From: Candidatus Heimdallarchaeota archaeon
GTDB lineage: Archaea; Asgardarchaeota; Heimdallarchaeia; Heimdallarchaeales; Heimdallarchaeaceae
Assembly: GCA_019057815.1 (NCBI GenBank)
Contig: JAHLWR010000004.1
Coordinates: 154,617 to 218,616 of the forward strand
Direction of reading: 5' to 3'
DNA: 64,000 nt
Shown one piece after another: positions 1 through 10,323 of the stretch (position 1 is the stretch's first letter; every line of letters starts with the position of its first letter). The notes beneath the pieces are model-generated. The model did no database searches and was not told the DNA's origin. It saw nothing but the letters and a program-made list of their open reading frames with translations. The translations under genes were made by a program, and so were the position numbers.

Positions 1-606
1 GCTGATGAGTTTATCGATGCTCTACCTAATGGGTATGACACTTTAGTAGTTGAAGGCGGTAAAAAACTATCTTCAGGACAACGTCAAATTATTACAATTG
101 CTAGAACAATGTTAGCTGACCCAAGAATCTTAGTTCTTGATGAAGCTACGAGCAGGTTAGATGCTTACACAGAGTCTTTAGTACAAGCTGCTCAAAGAGA
201 ACTTTTCAAAGAGCGCACAACTTTTGTAATAGCACACAGATTATCAACAATAAGTGATGCGGAGAAAATAGTTGTTCTTGACCATGGAGAATTAGTTGAA
301 ATAGGTTCTCATAGAGAGTTAATGGACTTAAATGGTATCTATGCTGATCTTTACAAAACTTACTATGTGCATCAAGGGTTAGCTGAAATAGATGTAGATA
401 TAGCAGATTTAGAACCGGAAGAACTAGAAGAACCGGCTAAAGCTGTTTCACCTCAAATGATGGGTATGACAAAGGGAGACCATATGGGAAGTAAAAATGA
501 ATCTACTCTAAATAAAAAAGAGATGAGGAAACAACTAGAAAAAATGTCTCCTGAAGACAAACAGAAATTTATGCAAAGAATGAAAGAGCAGAAGAAGTTC
601 AAGTAA
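1..606 (+). CDS. ABC exporter (MsbA/MdlB-like) ATP-binding domain, 5'-partial
   Basis: Frame is open from base 1: ADEFIDALPNGYDT...LSSGQRQ (signature), ILVLDEATS (Walker B), VIAHRLSTI (H-loop). Charged C-terminal tail. Confidence 0.93.
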   Translation, partial: ADEFIDALPNGYDTLVVEGGKKLSSGQRQIITIARTMLADPRILVLDEATSRLDAYTESLVQAAQRELFKERTTFVIAHRLSTISDAEKIVVLDHGELVEIGSHRELMDLNGIYADLYKTYYVHQGLAEIDVDIADLEPEELEEPAKAVSPQMMGMTKGDHMGSKNESTLNKKEMRKQLEKMSPEDKQKFMQRMKEQKKFK

Positions 607-712
607 TTCTTATATATTTTTTATTTAGCTAATTTAAAATACTCAAAGAGTCTATGTATTTCTGTAAAGATAATATTTAGGATTATCAATAGAATGAGAT
701 GAGGATACAGTA

Positions 713-1444
713 ATGAGGAAAAAAAATAGTTTATTATTTTTATTAATTTTCATTGTACAATTATGCGTTCTAGGAGTAAATGCAGATCCAACAACAACAA
801 TTTCTGAAAATGAAACTTTAACAACAACAATAGTTGAAAGTGAAACTATTGATCTAGATTGGTATTATTTATATCAAGTAAATGAAGAAACACCAGTAAA
901 AGATACTCAAGTAGTAGTCAATATCCTTTCTTCTGCTTCTATCGATTTCTTTGTAGCGGATGAGGGAGACACGGATGATTATTTAGACGGTGAATCAATT
1001 TACGTTTATATTGATGTGAGGAATATAACAGACGATACTCTTTCTTTTACTCTGGAAAGTAAACAGATGTACGAATTCGTTTTTGAGAACTCTGGAGATC
1101 ATGGATTAGATGCTACTGTAACATTTTCTATAACCTTCATTTATGAATCAAGTTCTCTAGGGGATAAATATACCTGGATTATATGGGTGATTATCGGTAT
1201 TGCTGTAATAGGAATGATAGTCTTTTTCTCTAATAGAAGAAAAAGACAACAAATTTACAAACCTGCTTATCAACCCTATCAACCATATGCTCCAACTCAA
1301 CAAACTGTGGAGAGTAGTGGTTACAAACCAGCGCAAACACAAATTACCCAAGACACTCTGATGGCTAAATATTGCACGAATTGTGGAGCACAAAACGACG
1401 ATAATGCAAGCTATTGCACGAGTTGTGGGTCAAGTATAAATTAA
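713..1444 (+). CDS. Type I membrane protein: signal peptide, beta-sandwich (GOLD-like?) ectodomain, TM, Y/P/Q-rich tail, C-terminal zinc ribbon
   Basis: Hydrophobic N-terminus, YEFVFEN, TM WIIWVIIGIAVIGMIVFF followed by RRKR, CTNC...CTSC. Confidence 0.8.
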   Translation: MRKKNSLLFLLIFIVQLCVLGVNADPTTTISENETLTTTIVESETIDLDWYYLYQVNEETPVKDTQVVVNILSSASIDFFVADEGDTDDYLDGESIYVYIDVRNITDDTLSFTLESKQMYEFVFENSGDHGLDATVTFSITFIYESSSLGDKYTWIIWVIIGIAVIGMIVFFSNRRKRQQIYKPAYQPYQPYAPTQQTVESSGYKPAQTQITQDTLMAKYCTNCGAQNDDNASYCTSCGSSIN

Positions 1445-1574
1445 AGCTAGGAAGCATTCAACAAATAATACTATTTTCTTGTTTTCTTTTTCTTATTAGC
1501 TTCCAGAGCTCTTTTTTTTGAAATAATAATTGTTATATAAAAAAATTTAATATCATAATTTTCTTTCCTAAAAC

Positions 1575-1793
1575 ATGGATATTGTTTTAGAAAGTACTAT
1601 TAAGTGCCCTTTTTGCGGATTTGAGGAAAAAATAAAAATGCCTGAAGATAAATGTATGAGAACAATCATTTGTAACAATTGTAAGAGAGCAATTACTCCA
1701 AAAGAAGGAGATTGTTGCGTTTTTTGTAGTTATGCAGATGTTCCATGCCCTGCAATTCAACAAGAAAAAGATGATAGTAAGTTGTTTGTTTAA
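1575..1793 (+). CDS. GDCCVxC domain small Cys-rich metal-binding protein
   Basis: STIKCPFCG...MP..C....CNNC...PKEGDCCVFCSYADVPCP. No in-frame TGA. Confidence 0.88.
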   Translation: MDIVLESTIKCPFCGFEEKIKMPEDKCMRTIICNNCKRAITPKEGDCCVFCSYADVPCPAIQQEKDDSKLFV

Positions 1794-1827
1794 ATCGGAG
1801 TACTTAAGGTTTCATTTTATATTAAAT

Positions 1828-2322
1828 TCAAGAAAACTCTTTCTTTTTTTTCACGATTTTCTTCCACCACGATTTATATCGTGTCTTCAGTGGAATATCT
1901 TTCATTGCGCGTTTAGGAACCACACCTAACTCTAAGAGTGTATCTTCGAAGTTGTCAAAATCACTAACATTGATGTATCCTCTACCAATTTTATCTCCAT
2001 ATAAATCAATAAACTTCTCAAGTGTCATATCTAATTGCTTTTCAACTTTTTCACTATCTTCAGATAATGGCGAAGTGAATACAATAATCAATTCTTTCTC
2101 TTTGTCAATTCTAAAATGAAGCCTTAAATTACTAAAAACCACTGTTTGGATATCTTGTTGCCCAAAAGATTCTTTCGAAAAAGCGTACATCGCTGCAAAG
2201 AAACCTGTTTGGAGTGTATGATCAGGTTGCATTTTGCATGTTTCTCCTCCAAAGCATTTGCTATAATAAGGTAAACCAGAAGTATCCATAACAAAAACAT
2301 CATCAGCCACTGAAATCACCAA
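1828..2322 (-). CDS. Stand-alone longin/roadblock-like protein
   Basis: VFVMDTSGLPYYS...LQTGFFAAMYAFSKE...IQTVVF...F.D.Y pattern, shared with the C-terminal domains of the 49900 and 52056 ORFs. Confidence 0.75.
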   Translation of the reverse strand: MVISVADDVFVMDTSGLPYYSKCFGGETCKMQPDHTLQTGFFAAMYAFSKESFGQQDIQTVVFSNLRLHFRIDKEKELIIVFTSPLSEDSEKVEKQLDMTLEKFIDLYGDKIGRGYINVSDFDNFEDTLLELGVVPKRAMKDIPLKTRYKSWWKKIVKKKKEFS

Positions 2323-2444
2323 GATAATGTAATCGACTACTTGTTCTAAAACTTTTGGAAATTTAAAAAATAAATAAGTGATTTTTTGAAACTCTATGTT
2401 GTTTTTTCGATAAGTTTATTACAATCTCGCATAAAGCATGAGTA

Positions 2445-2756
2445 ATGACAGATAAACTCGAAAATGATGATACTGAACAGATAAGAAAAGCTCTTAAAAC
2501 TCAAAATAGCCTATGGATAAAAAACAAATGGCTTTTTTGGACATGTATCATACTTTCTCCAGCAGCTTTTGTTTGGGGTTTCTTCATCCCTTTAGATAGT
2601 ACATGGCAGCATTGGGTTCAGTCAATGATTTTCATAGTATCTGTTGGTTTCTTCATTGTTCCAATGTCATATCTGTTTAATCTCTTGTGGATGGCGTTTT
2701 TAGGGAAAAAATCTGCTGATATCGATGTCGATGAATCATCTGTTGATAGTAATTGA
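2445..2756 (+). CDS. Small 2-TM membrane protein, function unknown
   Basis: ATG start, two hydrophobic segments, occupies a clean intergenic slot. Confidence 0.7.
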   Translation: MTDKLENDDTEQIRKALKTQNSLWIKNKWLFWTCIILSPAAFVWGFFIPLDSTWQHWVQSMIFIVSVGFFIVPMSYLFNLLWMAFLGKKSADIDVDESSVDSN

Positions 2757-2914
2757 TTACTCCTTTAACAACTCAAAAAATGTGAAGATTAAGAAGTAGG
2801 GTAAAAAGCAATAAATTATGTTTATCTAATTTTTCCATCAGTTTTTCTTTGAACATTCATGAGTGTGGACATTTAAACAAAATAGCTTATAAATAACTTA
2901 ATCTATCCCTTCGT

Positions 2915-5900
2915 ATGCGTAATGGAATGAAGAAACAGATAGTATTATTTTCTTTTCTCTTAATATTCATGTTCTCAAGCCTTACAACAGCTACAAATAA
3001 AGCTCTGATAACAGAAAATGATGATATCCCACTATTGCTTACCCCACAAAAAGATATCAATTATGTGAGAAGTAACATCCAAATAGATGATCATAATAGG
3101 ATTCATACAATTTATTATATTAGTTATGAGAATGGTACAAGTGTTATTCTGCATCAAGTAGGTAGCAATCTTACTGAAATATATGTTTTGTTTTATGAGT
3201 ATCTCACAATTGATGAATTAATAGCCATACCTGATGGTATTGCATTAGCTTTTACTTCTCAAGAAGGTTTTAAGAATCAAAATATATTCCTTTACACATG
3301 GCAAGGAGGTCTGTTTAACACTGAATTAGTTGAAACAGTTTCAATGTATTACGTTGATATTCGCGTGTTTTCAGATGAAGAAGCGATTCATATCTTACAC
3401 TCAAATAGAGCAAGATACGGGGAAGATCTCTACATAAACCATTTTCAATATTTTTATGTGAATGGATCCTCAAGTTCAGAGATTTATGATACTTCTTTCC
3501 AAACGTCTTATCTGCGAGATTTCTATTGGAACAATAGCAGTTTATATCTCTTTTTTCAATATTGGCAGTGGTTTGATAACGGGACAGATAAAAGTTACTT
3601 AATTTTAAATAGAGTAAGTAAAAATAGTTATGAAAATATCACAAATATTGTTTCTAGCAACTATTGGTATCAGGATTGGTTAACCTTCTCTGGAGATGGA
3701 ATGTTTGAACTTGTTATATTCTACGATGGAGATCTCTATAGCAAGAGATATACTACAGATGGAGAAACTACTGAAACACTTGATTTAGGAACCTTTACAC
3801 TTATACCTCTTGACATATATTATTTAGATTATCTTTATGTTATTAGTTACGAGAGTGTTTCATATTATGTTTACAAACAAAGTTATTATTATTTTGAAGA
3901 ATTGACATCTATAGATTCAGAGTATAGTCAGAAAGCTGTTGTAACAGCTATAACACTGGAAAATGGTACAGTCATAAAAGAATCAATTGAAATAGGCAGT
4001 TCAACGGATGATTATAGATACTTTTCATATTATCCTTACTATTTTGAAAATGGTTCGTATATACTTTCTTATACTACAAGAGCTGATTCTAATAATCTTG
4101 AAAATTTGATATTAAACGAAGATGAGATTATCTCATTCAGTCTCTATTCAAATTGTGTTATTAGTCCATTAGAAACACCTATTCTCTACGGTCTAAAAAG
4201 TTTAACACCTTTCCAATATTTCATTAAAAAGTACTGGGCTGCATTTGTTGTCCCCCTAGCTGTTTTAGCTATATTGTATGGAATATTCTACAAGAAGGTT
4301 AACAAATCATTAAGAAAATTAAAGAATTATCTGATTCGCCCTATTAAAGCTGACAAAAACAAAATACAACTGATTTTAATAAATCTCAGTTTGTTCTTTA
4401 TAAACTCATCTCAGATTATCTTTATATTGTGGAAAGCAAATAAAAAGAGATTAATAATTAGTATATTAGGATTAACAATTTTAGCAACAATAATCATTTC
4501 GAGTACAACACTTTACGATTCTAAACGCTCTGGCATGATTCTACAATTCGTCGATGGTTTGGATTTACAAAACAATGGTGACCCATCTATAGAATACAAC
4601 ATCTTTTTTGATTCTTCAGGAGTTGAAGGTCCAGTATTAAATGAAAACTTGAGTAGATATGCAGTTAACGAAATCATGTATAGAATTAACTCTAACACAA
4701 CATACTTATCAAAAATAATCTCCAGCTATTTTCATTCACTATCAGCAGATGTTGTACTCTCAAACATTATAGAAGATGGTATTGCTTACTATAGCACATA
4801 CATGGGTTTACAATCAAATTATAGTTACTTAATGTCTTCTCTACTTGATGAAGGTAGGCTTCCAAACAGAAAAAATGAAATCATTGCAACTCAATACACT
4901 CTAGATATTTTCAACATTGGAATTGATGATTATGTGAAAATCAATGGTTCAATAGATTCATCTCTCAATACATCTGAGCATGTTGTACTCAAAGTAGTTG
5001 GAGTTTATACAACTCCAAGCTATACAAAATTAATGACTTTGTGTCAAGAATTGAATGTTTCATATGATATTATAAACAATCTTATCTGGAAATTGAATTC
5101 ACCAATTATCACTTTCGATGATTATTTTTATGATAACTTAGAGAATTTAACCAATTATAGATTTTATCTCAATGGGTTTATGCAATTTGTTTATGATTTT
5201 TCGGATCAAACAGGCGATTTTATAGAAAATGTTGTTGACGAATGCAAGCAGCTTTCAAAGAGTAGTCCATACCACTTAACATTTGCTTCTAATTCGCAAT
5301 GGTCTTTTGGTACAGAGTTGAATTATGTGTTTAACTATCTTGATGATATTATGATGCAGACGCAGTTTATGATGGTACTTATAGCTATACCTATTATCTA
5401 TCTTGCTTGGTTTTTGCTTTTTGAAGTAAATGAGCTTTTTGGATCTAGTTTTAAGCAAGAAATACGAATTCTTCGTTCAAAAGGATCTTCAACAGGGAAT
5501 ATAGCTTTTATTTACACAACTATGAAAATTGTCGAATCCATCATAGCCATCTTTGCAAGCTTCGGAATTATGGTTTTGATATTACCTGTAATTCTTAAAA
5601 TAGACAAGGTTCTAAGTTTTAATGCTAAATTTTCTAGTATGAATTTTCAAACATTACCAGCTTCTATGGGAATTTCTTTCACATTCTTAATTTTGTTATC
5701 AATACCAAAAGTAATACAACTCTCAAAACAGAAGAAAACAATAGTCAAACCACCTAGAAAGTTTATACAAGTTGCTAAAAACTTCAAGTTACACCATCTA
5801 TTCTTAATTATCATTGGAGCAGGATTATTCTTTGGGTCCTTTTATCTAATCCAATATCTTGTCTTCATGATACCTGATCAAGAACAAGCTATGGCAACAT

Positions 5901-7243
5901 TTATGATTTTTGTCTACTTGATGGGAATAGGTGTGATGATAGCTTTACTTGGCTTAGGTTTAATTCTAAAGGAGATTCATAAAGTTATTGTGTTATATTC
6001 TAGCAAGATAGCTTGGAAAACTAAAAAATCAGTCTTCTCTTTCTCATTAGTTGATGTAAGATCTGATATTAATCTCTTCAATAATACATTCTTAACTTAT
6101 ATAATACTCATCTGGATTTTGGTTCCTTCAATCGTTATACCTCTAACTATCCAAAACAGAGTCTTAACTGATGCACGTTTTTACAGCGGGAGTGACATTC
6201 ATATAAGAGGTTGGGAAAACATTAATTCATCAATAATTAACAATATTACATCATATTCTGAGGTAGAGAGTGTAACAAATATATCGGTATACAACTGTTT
6301 ATATGGCAATCGAGAACTAAATATTTTAGTAATTAATGACACAAGTGATTTTCTTGAAACTGTGTTTAAACCGTCAAAAGAACATTTCACGGAGTGGGAA
6401 GAAAGTGTCCAACAAATAGAACAAAATAAAACAATGATGGTCTCTGATGCATTCAGCGAGGTTATAGCTCGTGGAAGTCAAGAATACACTTTTGTTTACA
6501 CTGTAAATTATACACTAATCAGTTTAAAATACAATATATCAAAAATCTTTGATTATTTCCCTATCTTCTACGATTTAGGTGAATATAGCAGAGAAATAAG
6601 TTATAGGGGTGGAATATACGCTCTTGTTATGACACAAGATAACTTTATTCAAATATATGATTCGCTTACTTCACCATCTAAATATATTGATAGATTGTTA
6701 ATAAACATTGGACAAAATGTTGATCAAACAGAATTCGCGAACACAATTCAAAAAGAATTAGGAATAGGCGTTATAACTGTAGATGAAATGGAAGAAACGC
6801 TACTTGAATATCAGTTTCCATTTTATACAGTTCTTGTAGCTGAATTTATTTTTGCTATTATAGTTTGCATAGCAGCAATTGCTTTCACGAGTTTTAGCAA
6901 TCCTCTAAAAATTCTACAAAATCGAATCACTAAACATGATGTACTAAAAAAGATAGGTGTACCAACACTATATATCATAGGCGTCGCTGCTTTAGAAATA
7001 CTCTTAGCTTGTATAATTCCGGGATTGGTTTTAGGAGGAGCTGCGGGTTATGGATTTGTCAAGTTATTAGATTTATTGCTTATTAGAGCTTTTACCCCTC
7101 GAGTTGGACTTTCATACATTATGCAATATCCGCCTATAGCCATGATTTTGATATTTGTAGGAATACCTCTACTATTCTACATATTATTTTACATATCAAT
7201 GAAAGTGAACTTCATCAAGTATAGACCTAGAAATCTGGAGTGA
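2915..7243 (+). CDS. Giant FtsX/MacB-type (type VII) ABC permease with ~430-aa N-terminal ectodomain and two fused permease units
   Basis: EGRLPNRKNEII, LKVVGVY, EIRILRSKGSS, GSDIHI, HDVLKKIGV motifs; many TMs; stop overlaps the ATPase start (GTGA). Confidence 0.88.
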   Translation: MRNGMKKQIVLFSFLLIFMFSSLTTATNKALITENDDIPLLLTPQKDINYVRSNIQIDDHNRIHTIYYISYENGTSVILHQVGSNLTEIYVLFYEYLTIDELIAIPDGIALAFTSQEGFKNQNIFLYTWQGGLFNTELVETVSMYYVDIRVFSDEEAIHILHSNRARYGEDLYINHFQYFYVNGSSSSEIYDTSFQTSYLRDFYWNNSSLYLFFQYWQWFDNGTDKSYLILNRVSKNSYENITNIVSSNYWYQDWLTFSGDGMFELVIFYDGDLYSKRYTTDGETTETLDLGTFTLIPLDIYYLDYLYVISYESVSYYVYKQSYYYFEELTSIDSEYSQKAVVTAITLENGTVIKESIEIGSSTDDYRYFSYYPYYFENGSYILSYTTRADSNNLENLILNEDEIISFSLYSNCVISPLETPILYGLKSLTPFQYFIKKYWAAFVVPLAVLAILYGIFYKKVNKSLRKLKNYLIRPIKADKNKIQLILINLSLFFINSSQIIFILWKANKKRLIISILGLTILATIIISSTTLYDSKRSGMILQFVDGLDLQNNGDPSIEYNIFFDSSGVEGPVLNENLSRYAVNEIMYRINSNTTYLSKIISSYFHSLSADVVLSNIIEDGIAYYSTYMGLQSNYSYLMSSLLDEGRLPNRKNEIIATQYTLDIFNIGIDDYVKINGSIDSSLNTSEHVVLKVVGVYTTPSYTKLMTLCQELNVSYDIINNLIWKLNSPIITFDDYFYDNLENLTNYRFYLNGFMQFVYDFSDQTGDFIENVVDECKQLSKSSPYHLTFASNSQWSFGTELNYVFNYLDDIMMQTQFMMVLIAIPIIYLAWFLLFEVNELFGSSFKQEIRILRSKGSSTGNIAFIYTTMKIVESIIAIFASFGIMVLILPVILKIDKVLSFNAKFSSMNFQTLPASMGISFTFLILLSIPKVIQLSKQKKTIVKPPRKFIQVAKNFKLHHLFLIIIGAGLFFGSFYLIQYLVFMIPDQEQAMATFMIFVYLMGIGVMIALLGLGLILKEIHKVIVLYSSKIAWKTKKSVFSFSLVDVRSDINLFNNTFLTYIILIWILVPSIVIPLTIQNRVLTDARFYSGSDIHIRGWENINSSIINNITSYSEVESVTNISVYNCLYGNRELNILVINDTSDFLETVFKPSKEHFTEWEESVQQIEQNKTMMVSDAFSEVIARGSQEYTFVYTVNYTLISLKYNISKIFDYFPIFYDLGEYSREISYRGGIYALVMTQDNFIQIYDSLTSPSKYIDRLLINIGQNVDQTEFANTIQKELGIGVITVDEMEETLLEYQFPFYTVLVAEFIFAIIVCIAAIAFTSFSNPLKILQNRITKHDVLKKIGVPTLYIIGVAALEILLACIIPGLVLGGAAGYGFVKLLDLLLIRAFTPRVGLSYIMQYPPIAMILIFVGIPLLFYILFYISMKVNFIKYRPRNLE

Positions 7244-8982
7244 TAAAAATGATTACATGTAAAGATCTAATAAAAATTTTTCATGATCCTGTTACTGACT
7301 ATAAAGTTCCAGCCTTAAGAGGGCTGGATTTACATATCAAAGAAGGAGAACTAGTCTCTATCATTGGTCCTTCAGGTGCTGGAAAAACAACATTAGTCAA
7401 CATCCTATCTGGGTTAGACTTACCCACAAGTGGGTCAATTGAAGTAATGGGTAGCAGAATAGACCATCTAACAGAAGCTGAAAGAAGAGAATTCAGATTA
7501 TATAATTTAGGGATGATAAACCAATTCATCAGCGAGAATCTGTTTTCTAATTTAACTGTTAAACAAAATTTAGCTATTCCGAAAAAAATGCAATATCTTC
7601 CAACAGAGCATACAAAGAAGGAAGTTAGTGAGCTTTTAGAGATGCTAAATCTTAATCATGTGAAAGATAATATCGTAGCTAAATTGTCAGGTGGTGAAGC
7701 AATGAGATTAAGTCTGGGAACAGCTTTATCAAAAAACCCCAAGATTCTATTATTAGACGAACCTACGGGTCAGTTAGACACAAAACACACCCAAGAAATG
7801 ATTGAAACAATCAAACAAGTAAATATTGCTATGGGAAAAACTGTAATTGTAGTCACCCATGATATTAGGTTCAGAAATGTCTTCGAGAAAAGTTTCATTA
7901 TAAGAGATGGCAGATTAGTAGGTATTAGTCGCGATACTGATCGAAGTGAGTTAGATTTTCTTATGCATTCATCAGCAATAAACAGAGCTTACATTGATGC
8001 ATCTAATTTTGTCAGAATCCCTGATTCTGTAAAAACTTCTACTGCTTTGAGTGATACTGTAGAATTTGACACTCATCCTAGTAAGAAACTAGGTATTTTC
8101 TGGAATCCCGACATTCTAGCTAGAGACCAAGTTTTCGAATTAATAAATAATCCAATAAAAGGTAAAGAAGAAGATATTGATGCAATTAGCTATGAAGATG
8201 TAGAACCATTGTTGAGTAGATCATTTATTGCACCTGAAAAACAGCATCCAATTGTAGAGATAAGTAATTTGATGAAAGGATATGATTCCCCATCAGGTTT
8301 CAATGAGATACTTTCAGATTTGTCTCTTAGTATAAATCAAGGAGATTTCGTCTTTATTTCTGGACCTTCTGGAGTAGGAAAAACAACTCTTCTTAACCTA
8401 ATTTCTGGTCTAGATAAACCAAATGAAGGTGAAGTCAAAGTAATGGATTTCAATATTGTTGCTGAAAAAGAGAGAGATGTTTCCCTCTTTAGGTTACAAA
8501 ACATTGCTTTCATCACTCAACATAATAATCTTTTCGAACCCTTGCAAGTAAAAGATAATTTGGATATTCCCTATTTATTCCATAGAGGAAAGATTGACCA
8601 AGAATACTGTAAATCGATACTAAAAGAATGTCATATAGAACACAAATTAGAGTCTTACCCATTAGAATTGTCAGCAGGAGAAAAGCAAAGAGCAGCGTTA
8701 GCAACAGCTTTAACTCGCAAAACTAACATAATCCTAGCAGATGAACCCAGTGCAAATTTAGACAGCGAATTAGCAAGAACTATCATGGATTTGTTAATGG
8801 ACATAGCTAGAATAAATAACGTAACTATCATAATGTGTTCACATGATTTGACTTTGCTTCGTCCTGGTTTTCGACATATACAGTTGGATAATAGAGAAAT
8901 AGCTAGTGATGAGCGAGTAACAAAAGATATGCTAAGAAAAATTGTAACGGATTATCTTCAAATTAAGAATAAGACTAAGTAA
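7240..8982 (+). CDS. LolD/MacB-type ABC ATPase with two NBDs and a central AbrB-like domain
   Basis: GPSGAGKTT/LSGGE/LLDEPT/VTHD and GPSGVGKTT/LSAGE/LADEPS/CSHD; linker AYIDASNFVRIPDSVK. Confidence 0.93.
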   Translation: MIKMITCKDLIKIFHDPVTDYKVPALRGLDLHIKEGELVSIIGPSGAGKTTLVNILSGLDLPTSGSIEVMGSRIDHLTEAERREFRLYNLGMINQFISENLFSNLTVKQNLAIPKKMQYLPTEHTKKEVSELLEMLNLNHVKDNIVAKLSGGEAMRLSLGTALSKNPKILLLDEPTGQLDTKHTQEMIETIKQVNIAMGKTVIVVTHDIRFRNVFEKSFIIRDGRLVGISRDTDRSELDFLMHSSAINRAYIDASNFVRIPDSVKTSTALSDTVEFDTHPSKKLGIFWNPDILARDQVFELINNPIKGKEEDIDAISYEDVEPLLSRSFIAPEKQHPIVEISNLMKGYDSPSGFNEILSDLSLSINQGDFVFISGPSGVGKTTLLNLISGLDKPNEGEVKVMDFNIVAEKERDVSLFRLQNIAFITQHNNLFEPLQVKDNLDIPYLFHRGKIDQEYCKSILKECHIEHKLESYPLELSAGEKQRAALATALTRKTNIILADEPSANLDSELARTIMDLLMDIARINNVTIIMCSHDLTLLRPGFRHIQLDNREIASDERVTKDMLRKIVTDYLQIKNKTK

Positions 8983-9117
8983 GAAAATACAAACTAGAAA
9001 AAGAAAATAAAAACCTTTTCTATTTATTAATAACTGCATAATTTTTATATATCTGGCTGAACATCTATAGAATTAGTTGTTATCATAATAAAAATGTGAT
9101 ACAGCGAGGTAATTAAT

Positions 9118-9948
9118 ATGAAAAAGAAAGCATTATTAATTTTATCTATTTTGGTTCTTTCAGTTACTGCTTTTACATTTAGCACAGTAAATGCGCAATT
9201 AGCAGATGGTTTTTACTACTCAGGTGAACTAGTAGCTGGAAAGGAATTAGAATGGGAATTGAAAGAACTTATAGCTGAAGGTTCTACTGAACCTGAAATT
9301 CATATATTTTATGGATATCCAATGGCTAAAGGGGATGTTTTTAAGATTAAACTACTTGAAGACCTTAATAGCTTAACTCTAGCTAATTATGGAGCACTCT
9401 TTACAACAACAACACCATGGGCAAACTTCTACATAAATGATGTGCTGATAACTAACAATGCCAGTGAAATCTCATTCATAGGAGAAGATATGGCAAATAT
9501 TACGGATTCTCCACTTGCAGCATTACCACTAATTATACCTACTACACTAGTTGTTGGTGGTGAAAATCAGAGTTTCTTTGATGATTTGCTTACAGATGCT
9601 GCATATACTGACACTACTATGGAAGTTGAAGGTTTTACAGTAGCATTGTCTATTTACACGAAAGGATCTCTTTTCATCACAGAGATGTCAATGAAAGGTG
9701 ATTTAGATTTCTTTGGTATGGAAATGACGGTGGACATGACATTCGAACTTTCCTTCAACATGGATTTAGGAATTCTCCATAAAATATACGTAGATAGTTA
9801 TACCAAGATGGGAACTGAAGAAGTATCGTCCACAGTGTTATTCCAAAGTACAGAAAATGTTGGTGTAGGAATTCCATTCCACTGGGTTTATGGTCTTATG
9901 GGTCTTTTCATCTTAGGACTAGCTTATACAACCTTCAAAAGAAAATAA
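9118..9948 (+). CDS. Secreted, C-terminally anchored cell-surface protein
   Basis: Signal peptide; C-terminal IPF + TM + KRK anchor. Confidence 0.78.
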   Translation: MKKKALLILSILVLSVTAFTFSTVNAQLADGFYYSGELVAGKELEWELKELIAEGSTEPEIHIFYGYPMAKGDVFKIKLLEDLNSLTLANYGALFTTTTPWANFYINDVLITNNASEISFIGEDMANITDSPLAALPLIIPTTLVVGGENQSFFDDLLTDAAYTDTTMEVEGFTVALSIYTKGSLFITEMSMKGDLDFFGMEMTVDMTFELSFNMDLGILHKIYVDSYTKMGTEEVSSTVLFQSTENVGVGIPFHWVYGLMGLFILGLAYTTFKRK

Positions 9949-9959
9949 AAACCTATTCA

Positions 9960-9988
9960 ACTTTTTTTTTCTTTTTTCTTTAATTTTT
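9960..9988 (+). terminator. Oligo-T tract, probable archaeal terminator
   Basis: cttttttttt cttttttctt immediately after the stop at 9948. Confidence 0.5.
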
Positions 9989-10045
9989 AAATATTATTAT
10001 ATTTTTATGAGTAACATTTTTTTGTGATAGTAATATCTTATCTCT

Positions 10046-10309
10046 ATGCAGAAAAAAATAAAGATTATGAGTTTGTTCTTACTATTGCTATTCTGCAACT
10101 TATCTCTGGTTAAATCCACAACCATACCCAGTAGCTATTCGACAATTGAAAAAGATTATCTGAGTATGCAAGTAGTGGATACAGAATCTCCTGCGACTAT
10201 GAAAAGAAAATACAGTGTCTGTAGATATTGCGGAGAAATACTTCATCGCGAGAAATATGATATTGCTAAAGAAAAAACACGTCCAAAGCAGATGGAGATG
10301 GAGAATTAG
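10046..10309 (+). pseudogene. Probable internally deleted gene: signal peptide fused to half a zinc ribbon
   Basis: Signal peptide, then a single CRYCG; the TM and second CxxC are missing. Confidence 0.4.
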
Positions 10310-10323
10310 TTTTATTTCTTCAT

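Noticed and set aside
1575-1793. Selenoprotein recoding in the GDCCVxC protein
   Set aside because: All relevant positions are Cys codons and there is no in-frame TGA.
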